This document shows positions 46,190 through 54,352 of a DNA stretch of 60,477 nt, one piece after another. The notes under the pieces are model-generated. The model ran no database searches and was not told where the DNA came from. It saw only the letters and a list, made by a program, of their open reading frames with translations. Each line of letters begins with the position of its first letter. Position 1 is the first letter of the stretch. The translations under genes and the position numbers were made by a program. Origin of the DNA: a virus (taxonomy: Duplodnaviria > Caudoviricetes); IMG/VR virus record IMGVR_UViG_3300043407_000092, positions 1-60,477 of that record; one strand, written 5' to 3'.

Positions 46190-47769
46190 TGCAAATTAAT
46201 AAAGAAAAAAAGGCAGTAATCCTACGCCTAAAAAACCCAAGTCGGGTAACAACAGTTATACCAACAGCTATCGAAGTAGACCACAAAGGACAACGGCTTG
46301 TAGCCGTTCCACACCGCCCCGACGAAACTCGGGTGTTACGCAACTTAGGCTTTGATGTTCCTGACCCAATGCCTATGCACTACGACTGGCCAAAAGCTAG
46401 CGGACGATATTTACCATTTGCAGCGCAGATTGAAACTGCATCTTTCTTATCCATGCACAGTAGGGCGTTTTGCTTGAACGGTATGGGCACTGGTAAGACT
46501 TATAGCGCACTGTGGGCGTATGACTATTTACGTCGTACAAAGCAAGTTAAGAAGATGCTTGTTGTGTGCCCGCTGTCTACAATGGAACGCACATGGGCTG
46601 ACTCTGTATTCAATACATTTCCGCACCTCGATGCAGTTGTGCTACACGGCTCACGCGAGCGTCGGCGAAAGTTATTAGAAGTTGACATTGACCAAGACGT
46701 TCACATCTACATCATCAATATTGACGGCCTTGCCACGATACAACACCAGCTTGCCAAGAGACCCGACATAGATTTAATTGTTGTTGACGAGCTAGCCCTC
46801 GCACGCAACTCAAGTACCGAGCGATGGAAAACATTGAACACGGTATGCAACAAACAAATGTCACGCCGAGTATGGGGTATGACTGGATCACCTACGCCTA
46901 ACGCGCCAACAGATGCATGGGCACAGTGCAAACTAATTACACCCGACAACACCAGCGTACCAAAATACTTTAGTGCGTTTCGTGATCGTGTAATGCGACA
47001 GCTTACACAGTTTAAATGGGCAGCACGACCCGAAGCAAATGATGTAGTGCATCAAATGATGCAGCCTGCAATTAGATTTTCTCTTGACGATTGCACTGAC
47101 TTGCCTGAACAAATATTCATGACTCGCGAAGTTGAAATGACAGTCGAGCAGAAGAAAGCATACAAGGACATGCTGTCCAAGTTAGCAGCCGAGTACGCTG
47201 GCGGACAGATTCTTGCCGTAAACGAAGCTGTAAAAGCAAACAAATTAATTCAAATTGCCTGCGGTGTCGCCTATGGGACAGACGGAACTGAGGTAGTCAT
47301 ACCATCTAAGCCTAGAATGGATGTTCTCAAAGAAATTATTGAAGAATCTGAAGGCAAAGTAATTGTGTTTGTGCCTCTGACTGGCGCTCTTGAACACGTA
47401 GCCGCAGAGCTACGCAAAGACTGGTCTGTGGAAATTGTCCATGGCGAAACCAGTAAAAACGCACGAGATCAGATTTTTTCTAACTTTCAACGAGGGTTAG
47501 ACCCTAGGGTTTTAGTGGCAAATGCAGCTACCATGTCTCATGGTTTAACGCTGACAGCCGCAACGACAATTGTTTGGTACGCACCAGTGCATAGTAATGA
47601 AATCTACGAACAGGCTTGCGCTAGGGTCAGGCGACCCGGCCAAACCAAAACTACTGTGATTGTGCATGTTGCAAGCTCAGACGTCGAACGACGTGTGTAC
47701 AAAAGGTTAGAAGATAAACAATCCATGCAGGGCATATTGCTTGACCTGATGCGAGAACAACCAGAATAG
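46189..47769 (+). CDS. SNF2-family helicase
   Basis: MGTGKT, VVDE, MTGSP, GLTLTAA and QACARVRRPGQ motifs. Confidence 0.9.
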   Translation: MQINKEKKAVILRLKNPSRVTTVIPTAIEVDHKGQRLVAVPHRPDETRVLRNLGFDVPDPMPMHYDWPKASGRYLPFAAQIETASFLSMHSRAFCLNGMGTGKTYSALWAYDYLRRTKQVKKMLVVCPLSTMERTWADSVFNTFPHLDAVVLHGSRERRRKLLEVDIDQDVHIYIINIDGLATIQHQLAKRPDIDLIVVDELALARNSSTERWKTLNTVCNKQMSRRVWGMTGSPTPNAPTDAWAQCKLITPDNTSVPKYFSAFRDRVMRQLTQFKWAARPEANDVVHQMMQPAIRFSLDDCTDLPEQIFMTREVEMTVEQKKAYKDMLSKLAAEYAGGQILAVNEAVKANKLIQIACGVAYGTDGTEVVIPSKPRMDVLKEIIEESEGKVIVFVPLTGALEHVAAELRKDWSVEIVHGETSKNARDQIFSNFQRGLDPRVLVANAATMSHGLTLTAATTIVWYAPVHSNEIYEQACARVRRPGQTKTTVIVHVASSDVERRVYKRLEDKQSMQGILLDLMREQPE

Positions 47770-47826
47770 GAGGCGCTATCGAATACGCAATACATAAACC
47801 ATTCAACCACAAACAAGGATACCTAA

Positions 47827-48210
47827 ATGAAACTCTCAGAAGCTGTCAGCATCTACATAAAGATGCGTGACAAAAAAGCGCAAATGAAAGCAGAGTTTGA
47901 TGCAAGCGTTGCTCCTCTCAACGAGAAGATGGAAAAGCTAGAAGCCAAGCTACTAGACGTTTTCAACAAGACTGGCATTGATTCTGTAAAGACGGAATTT
48001 GGAACAGCGTATACCACAAATCGCGTAACTGCTAGCGTGGCCGATCGGGAAATTTTCATGAACCACATCAAAGAAAATGACGATTGGGGTCTTTTAGAAG
48101 TACGTGCCTCCAAAACAGCGGTAGAACAATACCGCGAAACCAATGACGACTTACCCCCGGGTATATCTATCCGTGAAGAACGTGTAGTAAATGTTCGCCG
48201 TTCGTCGTAA
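47827..48210 (+). CDS. Conserved coiled-coil replication-module protein
   Basis: YIKMRD...SVKTEFGTAY...LPPG pattern, typically found upstream of the SSB. Confidence 0.7.
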   Translation: MKLSEAVSIYIKMRDKKAQMKAEFDASVAPLNEKMEKLEAKLLDVFNKTGIDSVKTEFGTAYTTNRVTASVADREIFMNHIKENDDWGLLEVRASKTAVEQYRETNDDLPPGISIREERVVNVRRSS

Positions 48211-48237
48211 ACTCTCTCCCCCAACCACTGAAAAATT

Positions 48238-49131
48238 ATGAACATCATTCCATTTGACTCCGGCTCCAACCTGCCATCATTCTTGAAAAAGGTTGACATC
48301 GCAGCCCTGAACTCTGACTTGACTGCACATGCAGGCGGTGGGTTTCCGGTGATTTCTATCAAGGGTAAAGTCTTTGCAGTTGTACGCGATGGCGAACGTG
48401 AACTGCAGATGAATCCAAAAGACCCTGACAGCGCGGCTACTAGCTTGAACGTAGTGTTGCTAAAAGCCAACAAGGGCACAAGCAAAGTGTTTTACCTCAA
48501 GGGCTACGACAAAGACACAAGCGAAGGTCAGAAGCCTGACTGCTACTCAAGCGATGGCATTGAGCCGGCAGCAGATGCACAGAACAAGCAGGCTAAGAAG
48601 TGCGCAACCTGTGCTCACAACCAATGGGGCTCTCGCATCAGCGAGCGTGGTGCAACCAAGGGTAAGGCTTGCTCTGACACCGTTCGCATGGCCGTAGCGC
48701 CAGCCGGTCAGATTAATGACGCAATGCTGTTGCGTGTACCTCCTGCTTCTATCAAGGCGCTTGGTGAGTACGGTCAGATGTTGGCTAAGCGCGGTGTAGG
48801 CTACAACATGGTTGTTACCAAGGTAGGCTTTGACTTGCAAGCAGAATCGCCCAAGTTGACATTCAGCCCTGTTGGTTTGCTAGACGACGAAGGCTTTGCT
48901 GAAGTCCAAGAGATAGCTAAATCAGATGTTGTTGCAACAATCTTAGGCGCTAACCCAGTCGCAGTAGAGTTTGTCGCAGAAGCAATTGAAACACCTCCAG
49001 TTGTAGAAACTAAGGCAGCAGCTCCTGAGCCAAAGCCTGAAGCCAAAGCTAAACCAGCCGCCAAAGCCAAACCCGCCCCCGTTGAAGAAGAGCTAGAGCT
49101 CGACCTCGATGGCATAAGTTTTGACGACTAA
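48238..49131 (+). CDS. Putative single-stranded DNA-binding protein
   Basis: ISIKGKVF, PDCYS, CATC..NQWGS, GKAC, acidic C-terminus ending FDD. Confidence 0.7.
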   Translation: MNIIPFDSGSNLPSFLKKVDIAALNSDLTAHAGGGFPVISIKGKVFAVVRDGERELQMNPKDPDSAATSLNVVLLKANKGTSKVFYLKGYDKDTSEGQKPDCYSSDGIEPAADAQNKQAKKCATCAHNQWGSRISERGATKGKACSDTVRMAVAPAGQINDAMLLRVPPASIKALGEYGQMLAKRGVGYNMVVTKVGFDLQAESPKLTFSPVGLLDDEGFAEVQEIAKSDVVATILGANPVAVEFVAEAIETPPVVETKAAAPEPKPEAKAKPAAKAKPAPVEEELELDLDGISFDD

Positions 49132-49149
49132 ATAGCTCCACCCCCAAGG

Positions 49150-49170
49150 AAGCCCCTTCGGGGGCTTTTT
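49150..49170 (+). terminator. Intrinsic terminator after the SSB gene
   Basis: aagcccc-ttcg-ggggctttt. Confidence 0.8.
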
Positions 49171-49221
49171 CCGCTTTACTGGAGTATTTATGATGCAAAA
49201 AAACAACAACCGGAGATAGCT

Positions 49222-52200
49222 ATGGATGCTCTTGAGTTTCTCCGCACAATTTTGCCCGAGCATGGCATACATTACTTGACGCTTTTTACCAAAGAGCTCA
49301 ACCCCAAAACAAACAAGCCGTATACCTATCACAAGCACTATTTAAGCTTGGAAGATATGGCGGACGCAATTCCATACTGGGAAAACAACCCCAAGTTTGT
49401 GGCAACCTACCATGCATGTGCGTCGTATCTAAAGCCATACATTGAAGTTGAGAAAAACGGAGAGACCCGCAAGAAATACCGCGTTGAAGAGAACTGGGAT
49501 CGTGCCAAGTCTTTTTGGATTGACATTGATTGCGGTCAGAAGAAACACGATGCAGGTCAAGGCTATCTTACAAAGACAGACGGCGTTGTAGCCATTGCAA
49601 CATTTGCCAAGAGGGTAGGCTTACCCCGCCCTATGATTGTGGACTCAGGTAACGGTATCCATGCTTACTGGCCACTGACTAAAGACATCAGCCACACCAA
49701 ATGGATTACGGTTGCCAAGTGGTTAAAGTCTTGCCTAGCGCACGAGAGTGTCTTAGCAGATTCGTCACGCACTGCTGACTTTGCAAGTATCTTGCGTCCT
49801 GTCGGATCGGCTAATCGTAAGGGTGATGCCAAAGACGTTAAGGTTAAAGCAGCGTGCGAGCCTATCGAGCCCGAGGCATTTGCACTAGCACTTCAAACAT
49901 TTGTATCTGACAACAACGTCAAGCTCATCAAAGAATCCGTTAAGAAGGCGTACAACACTGACTTAAACTCTGACTTAACTTGTCACCTTACACAGTACCC
50001 TGATGTACCTGTAGATGCTAACGAGCTGGCCAGTAAATGCCTTCAGGCAGGTGCGATGCGAGATTCTAAGGGTGATGTAGGGTATGAGCCTTGGCGCGGC
50101 GTTATCGGCCTTTTAAAGCACTGCGAAGATGGCGAGAAGTTCTCTGAGGAGTGGAGCGCTGACCGAGAAGCAACAGGCCACGACCAACTAGATTGGCAGA
50201 ACAAATACAACACATGGGAAGCCGGCCCTACAACCTGCGCATTTTTTGAGCAACACAACAGCGCCGGCTGTGTAGGCTGTGAGTTCAAAGGCAAGATTAA
50301 TACACCACTAGTCCTTGGTAGGGTAATCCCTATAGTCGAAGAATCTACCGCTGAGATCGTTACGGACGAAGGCGTTGTTGAGGAAGCTGCTGTACCTGCT
50401 TTGCCTTACGGATACATGTGGGATGGTAAATTGCTTAGCCGCTTGCTCCCGGATAAGGAGGGCGTGTTACAGCCATTGTCTTTCTGTGAGAACTTGTTTT
50501 ACCCAACAAGCCGTATCCGCAGTGAAGATGGCACGTTTAAATACGGTATTCGGTTTCATCTACCCGACAAACGCATTCGGGATTTTGATATCTTAGGCGA
50601 GTCAGTGGCATCATCCACCGATTTGTTACGCGCACTAGCGCGGTACGAACTGACAAAGAGTAACCACAAAAATGCAGGGGATCACATGTCTGCTTATTTG
50701 CTAGACCAATTGCAGGCGCTCAAGCGAAGAATCACTGAGACAAATACGTTGACAGCGTTTGGTTGGCGTGATGAACACAAAGCCTTTTTGCTTGGTGACA
50801 AGCTGTACACCAAGGGTGCAGAACCTAGCGAAGTTTTGATTGGCGGCAATGCCAAAGAACGTGCTAGTACGTTTACGTCTAACAAAGGCTCACTGGAAGG
50901 CTACGCTGAAGCCCTTAACTTCTTGTACAACCGAGAGGGTGCTGTTCACTGGCAGTACACCATCTGTGCGGGCTGGGGTTCTTTACTGGCGCACCACTGC
51001 GAGGACTTATACAAAGGACTTATCTTGGCACTACAGGGCGGTGATACGGCTCGAGGTAAGACAACAGTCTGCCATGCGGCGCTTGCTGCTTTTGGTAACC
51101 CTGCCAAGCTAACCTTAAACTCTAAAGACGGCTTTACGACAAACGCTTTGTGGGCGACCCTTGGCGTGTTTAACAACATACCTGTGTTGGTGGATGAACT
51201 TACTGGTATAGACCCTGCAACTTTTAGTGATGTAGCGTATGGCGTATCGAATGGCCAAGACAAAATTCGCATGACTTCCAAAGGTGGCAATGTAGTTTTT
51301 GCCAAGTCATCTGAATGGCGTCTTAATGTTTACATTACCGGCAATAAAGACTTCCACGGGCTACTTGCTGCTAATCAAGCTAATTCCCAAGCGGAAGCTG
51401 TTCGTTTAATCCAAGTCAACATTGATCGCTATCAACCCCTTGTACTAACTGATCGCGCTAAATATCCTACGGGTAAAGACGGTGACGACGCTTGGAACGC
51501 AGCATCAGCTATTGTGGCAGCAGAGCATATTAAACAGATGACGCAGAACAGTGGTCATGCGGGTGCAGCCATTATTAAGTACATGTTAGAGAACGAAGCG
51601 TCGGTAGCCAAAGCTATGGAGGACATGCTGACACGCTTTACTAAACTGTTGCCAAGTCCCAAGTATCGTTTTTACCGTGCTCACAGTGCATGCACCATGG
51701 TTGTTGCTCAGATAGCAAAGAAGTTGGGCATCATTCAATTTGATCTGCAAGAACTGTATGCATTTACAGGTACTCTAATCACTGAACTTGCCGACTCTGT
51801 GATGGAAACAAATGCCATATCGTCTGACGATGCGTTTTCACGCATGATTAGTCACCTCAATCCAAGAATTGTTGTCACTAGCGAGTACCGTGATAAGCGC
51901 GATGGCAGGGGCCCCGAGACGCCACGCAACCGTGTGTTTGGGGATGTAGCAGGTCGTTTTGTGCTCGGCACTCTTAACCATAAAGAACATGCTGGGCATT
52001 TGATGTTGTCGCAGAAAGAAGTACGCGACTGGTGCATGAAGAACCGTATTGACTTCCATGCCATGCTAAGCAGCTTACAGCAGGAGGGCGCACTACTGAA
52101 GCAGGGTGAGAAGTTTACGTTGACTCGAGGAACCGATTACCCAGTCATTCAGCAACGCTGTATCTTTGTAGATACAAACAAGCTAGACAAGGATGCAGTA

Positions 52201-52260
52201 GCCCCTGCGCTAACATTGGTTTCAAATCAATTTGACGGCGAGGCCGTAGGAGATGTATGA
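49222..52260 (+). CDS. Primase-helicase (AEP/RepB-type primase, PriCT-2, DUF927 helicase)
   Basis: WIDID, VDSGNGIHAYW, ILRPVGS, Cys cluster, FGW, ARGKTT, LVDE. Confidence 0.88.
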   Translation: MDALEFLRTILPEHGIHYLTLFTKELNPKTNKPYTYHKHYLSLEDMADAIPYWENNPKFVATYHACASYLKPYIEVEKNGETRKKYRVEENWDRAKSFWIDIDCGQKKHDAGQGYLTKTDGVVAIATFAKRVGLPRPMIVDSGNGIHAYWPLTKDISHTKWITVAKWLKSCLAHESVLADSSRTADFASILRPVGSANRKGDAKDVKVKAACEPIEPEAFALALQTFVSDNNVKLIKESVKKAYNTDLNSDLTCHLTQYPDVPVDANELASKCLQAGAMRDSKGDVGYEPWRGVIGLLKHCEDGEKFSEEWSADREATGHDQLDWQNKYNTWEAGPTTCAFFEQHNSAGCVGCEFKGKINTPLVLGRVIPIVEESTAEIVTDEGVVEEAAVPALPYGYMWDGKLLSRLLPDKEGVLQPLSFCENLFYPTSRIRSEDGTFKYGIRFHLPDKRIRDFDILGESVASSTDLLRALARYELTKSNHKNAGDHMSAYLLDQLQALKRRITETNTLTAFGWRDEHKAFLLGDKLYTKGAEPSEVLIGGNAKERASTFTSNKGSLEGYAEALNFLYNREGAVHWQYTICAGWGSLLAHHCEDLYKGLILALQGGDTARGKTTVCHAALAAFGNPAKLTLNSKDGFTTNALWATLGVFNNIPVLVDELTGIDPATFSDVAYGVSNGQDKIRMTSKGGNVVFAKSSEWRLNVYITGNKDFHGLLAANQANSQAEAVRLIQVNIDRYQPLVLTDRAKYPTGKDGDDAWNAASAIVAAEHIKQMTQNSGHAGAAIIKYMLENEASVAKAMEDMLTRFTKLLPSPKYRFYRAHSACTMVVAQIAKKLGIIQFDLQELYAFTGTLITELADSVMETNAISSDDAFSRMISHLNPRIVVTSEYRDKRDGRGPETPRNRVFGDVAGRFVLGTLNHKEHAGHLMLSQKEVRDWCMKNRIDFHAMLSSLQQEGALLKQGEKFTLTRGTDYPVIQQRCIFVDTNKLDKDAVAPALTLVSNQFDGEAVGDV

Positions 52261-52261
52261 T
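52232..52261 (+). promoter_or_regulatory. Sigma70-like promoter TTGACG-N18-TATGAT overlapping the primase stop
   Basis: TTGACG at 52232-52237 and TATGAT at 52256-52261. Confidence 0.65.
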
Positions 52262-52267
52262 TGCCCT

Positions 52268-52340
52268 GCTGGTTGCCATGACTAGCTCCTTTTCGTGGTT
52301 GAAAAGACCAACCCCCGGCGTAAAAACCGGGGGTTTTTTT
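52268..52340 (+). ncRNA. Candidate trans-acting anti-RBS small RNA
   Basis: ORF-free on the plus strand between a promoter and a terminator; contains CUCCUUUUCGUGGUUGAAAAGA, complementary to several early-gene leaders. Confidence 0.6.
52310..52340 (+). terminator. Intrinsic terminator
   Basis: aacccccgg-cgtaaaaa-ccggggg-ttttttt. Confidence 0.88.
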
Positions 52341-52406
52341 GTTGTCATAAATTTATACTACGATGTGTTTGCAGCCGCTGTGGTTGCACTAACCTAGGGG
52401 CACATC

Positions 52407-52637
52407 ATGAAATTTGAAATGGATTTTGGCGTTTATGGCAACAGCAAATTAATTATCGAGACTCACGATTTTGACGTGATTGATATCTTTCAAAAGTTTG
52501 TAGAGTTTCAAGACCACTACGGTTGGGCTGTTGAGTACGAAGCCACGGCTGTGCTTGGCGATGAGCTTGAAGATGACACCGACGAAGAGTTAGATGGCGC
52601 TGAGACTGAAGCTGCAGCAGAGGCCGCTAAAGAGTAA
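52407..52637 (+). CDS. Small acidic protein
   Basis: 76 aa with a strongly acidic C-terminus. Confidence 0.7.
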   Translation: MKFEMDFGVYGNSKLIIETHDFDVIDIFQKFVEFQDHYGWAVEYEATAVLGDELEDDTDEELDGAETEAAAEAAKE

Positions 52638-52660
52638 ATGTATACACACTGTGTATACAC

Positions 52661-53041
52661 TCAGGGGGCTTCGGCCCCTTTTTTCTTTTTGGCTTTTTTA
52701 GCCATACGTTCATCGTGGTGATGTATGCGGTGGCAGTTGGCGCAGAGCACAACGCACTTCTTGACTTCTTCCATGGCACGTTTAAATGCGCGATTTTTAA
52801 TTAGCTTGTTGACAGACTCTTCTTTAGTACTGCTATCTACGTGGTGAAAGTCAAAGGTAGCCGGATGATTCTGTCCGCACTGCACACACGATAATGTAGC
52901 TTTAAAGCTACGCCACTGATCTTTGTATGCCTTGGCCGATGCCCTACTGGCGGCAATTACAATTTCTTTATTGTTGGCGTAGTACGTACTTGCGTACGTT
53001 TTTTGTTTAGTTTGCTTAACAATTTTATCTTTATACGGCAT
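52661..53041 (-). CDS. HNH endonuclease
   Basis: CVQCG...FDFHH...CVVLCANCHRIHH; likely start MPYKD at 53041. Confidence 0.85.
   Translation of the reverse strand: MPYKDKIVKQTKQKTYASTYYANNKEIVIAASRASAKAYKDQWRSFKATLSCVQCGQNHPATFDFHHVDSSTKEESVNKLIKNRAFKRAMEEVKKCVVLCANCHRIHHHDERMAKKAKKKKGAEAP
52663..52690 (+). terminator. Intrinsic terminator at the convergence point of the two arms
   Basis: ggggc-ttcg-gcccc followed by a T tract. Confidence 0.75.
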
Positions 53042-53471
53042 GTTTGATTCGGTACTTCCAGTACAGCGCCGTTTTGAAACCCCAAGGTTGAGATGGCTCA
53101 AACATTTTGAAACCTACAGCTATCAAACTGTTAGCAGATGCAGGGTTTTGGTGGGTATCAGAGATGACCCAATTCATGCCTAATCTCTTGGCCACTTTAA
53201 TACGCTGTCGGATAAGCCGCTTCTGGAGTCCCTGTCCTTGATGAGCTCGTGTAATGCCTGAGCGACATAAGTACATAGTGTCAGACCAACGAGTAGAGGG
53301 GACAATACCACCAAAGCCAACGGCTTCACCGTCTTGCGAGTAAACAACATGCCAGTATCCTTGAGTAATTGGGTAAACTTTGTCTGCAGGAAGACACGCT
53401 TTCTGCAACCAAACGAGTAGTTGTACCACCTCAGGCTGGCGAGTATCGACAGGGACAACGCGGTAGTTCAT
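53031..53471 (-). CDS. GNAT acetyltransferase
   Basis: HQGQGLQKRLI (acetyl-CoA motif A), NPASANSLIAVGF. Confidence 0.88.
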   Translation of the reverse strand: MNYRVVPVDTRQPEVVQLLVWLQKACLPADKVYPITQGYWHVVYSQDGEAVGFGGIVPSTRWSDTMYLCRSGITRAHQGQGLQKRLIRQRIKVAKRLGMNWVISDTHQNPASANSLIAVGFKMFEPSQPWGFKTALYWKYRIKHAV

Positions 53472-53526
53472 ACCTCATCATGCCCTACTTTTGTGACAAA
53501 TAAATGGAAGCCGAAGCTTCCGAAGT

Positions 53527-53658
53527 TTATTTAGCTTTCATGCATTTGCCCATAGCGCTGCATTTAGCTTTGTTAGGACAACCAGCACATGGTTTAAAAG
53601 GTGCAGCTTTTTTACCAGCAGTTTTTTTGGCAGGGGCCATCATCATTTTTCCGTACAT
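53527..53658 (-). CDS. Small basic Cys-rich protein (43 aa, MYGKMMMAPAKK...CAGCPNKAKCSAMGKC)
   Basis: GGAG SD; manually read. Confidence 0.65.
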   Translation of the reverse strand: MYGKMMMAPAKKTAGKKAAPFKPCAGCPNKAKCSAMGKCMKAK

Positions 53659-53676
53659 AGTAATCTCCAATTAAAG

Positions 53677-53910
53677 TTAACGATAGTTTGCAGTTTTTGC
53701 AGCGATCTTTTTGGGTTGGGCTACGAATTGTTTCCCTTTAGCTTTGCCAGCACGTTTTGCACGCGTTGTCGCAGCATACTCACTTGGACTGAGACTTTTA
53801 ATCGCAGCACTTGGAAGGTATCTTTCACCTGTGTCAGAAGATTTTTTACCACTTTTGGTTCTCCATTTTTGATTTCCCCAATCTTTCAGGGATTGTTGAG
53901 GGGCTTTCAA
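53677..53910 (-). CDS. Small basic protein
   Basis: QSLKDWGNQKWRTKSGK...GERYLP motif, a common phage family. Confidence 0.8.
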   Translation of the reverse strand: MKAPQQSLKDWGNQKWRTKSGKKSSDTGERYLPSAAIKSLSPSEYAATTRAKRAGKAKGKQFVAQPKKIAAKTANYR

Positions 53911-54095
53911 TCTCTGTACCCCCCGCCTGCGGCTTTGTATTTCTTGGCTACAAGTTGTGCTTTACGAGCCGACCATTGGCCTGCACCAGTGCCTTGCGTT
54001 GCTGCAGACTTTACCTGAGACACAATCCGCTTGCGCAGTTCGGGCTTCGTGTAATTGCCAGCAGCATTAACAGTAGATTTATTTTTGGTAGCCAT
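53907..54095 (-). CDS. Small basic protein (DUF5872-like)
   Basis: NYTKPELRKRI...GQWSARKAQL..KKYKAAGGGY. Confidence 0.8.
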   Translation of the reverse strand: MATKNKSTVNAAGNYTKPELRKRIVSQVKSAATQGTGAGQWSARKAQLVAKKYKAAGGGYRD

Positions 54096-54096
54096 G

Positions 54097-54351
54097 TCAA
54101 CATTTCCAAGCGCGTAATGATTTGTTGATGCGACTGTTAGGGTCGTTAGCAGTTTTTGCGCTGGTCAGCTTCTCTTTCATGCCTTCCATGCGAGCGCAGA
54201 ATGAGTCACGTCGTGGGCCACCCTCAGGTTGAGGAGCCTTGAGTCCCGGCTTTCCGGGATTGGCTTTATTATAAGAGGCTCGCCCCTTGGCATTCAAGCC
54301 CCCCTTTTCCGACTTACCTTCTTTACGTTGCCATGCTGGTGTCTTAGCCAT
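54097..54351 (-). CDS. Small basic protein (DUF6321-like)
   Basis: PAWQRKEGK..KGGLNAKGR...RRDSFCARM...SRINKSLRAWKC. Confidence 0.82.
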   Translation of the reverse strand: MAKTPAWQRKEGKSEKGGLNAKGRASYNKANPGKPGLKAPQPEGGPRRDSFCARMEGMKEKLTSAKTANDPNSRINKSLRAWKC

Positions 54352-54352
54352 A

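Noticed and set aside
52145-52279. 44-aa antisense ORF (MATSRAIIHLLRPRR...) with AAGGAG
   Set aside because: It is antisense to the primase 3' end and the peptide looks random, while the opposite strand has a promoter and terminator bracketing the same bases. Kept only as the alternative to the sRNA model.
31724-52660. Lysogeny module (integrase, CI/Cro, ParA)
   Set aside because: No tyrosine or serine recombinase, S24-peptidase repressor or partition ATPase motifs were recognised; absence judged by eye is not proof.
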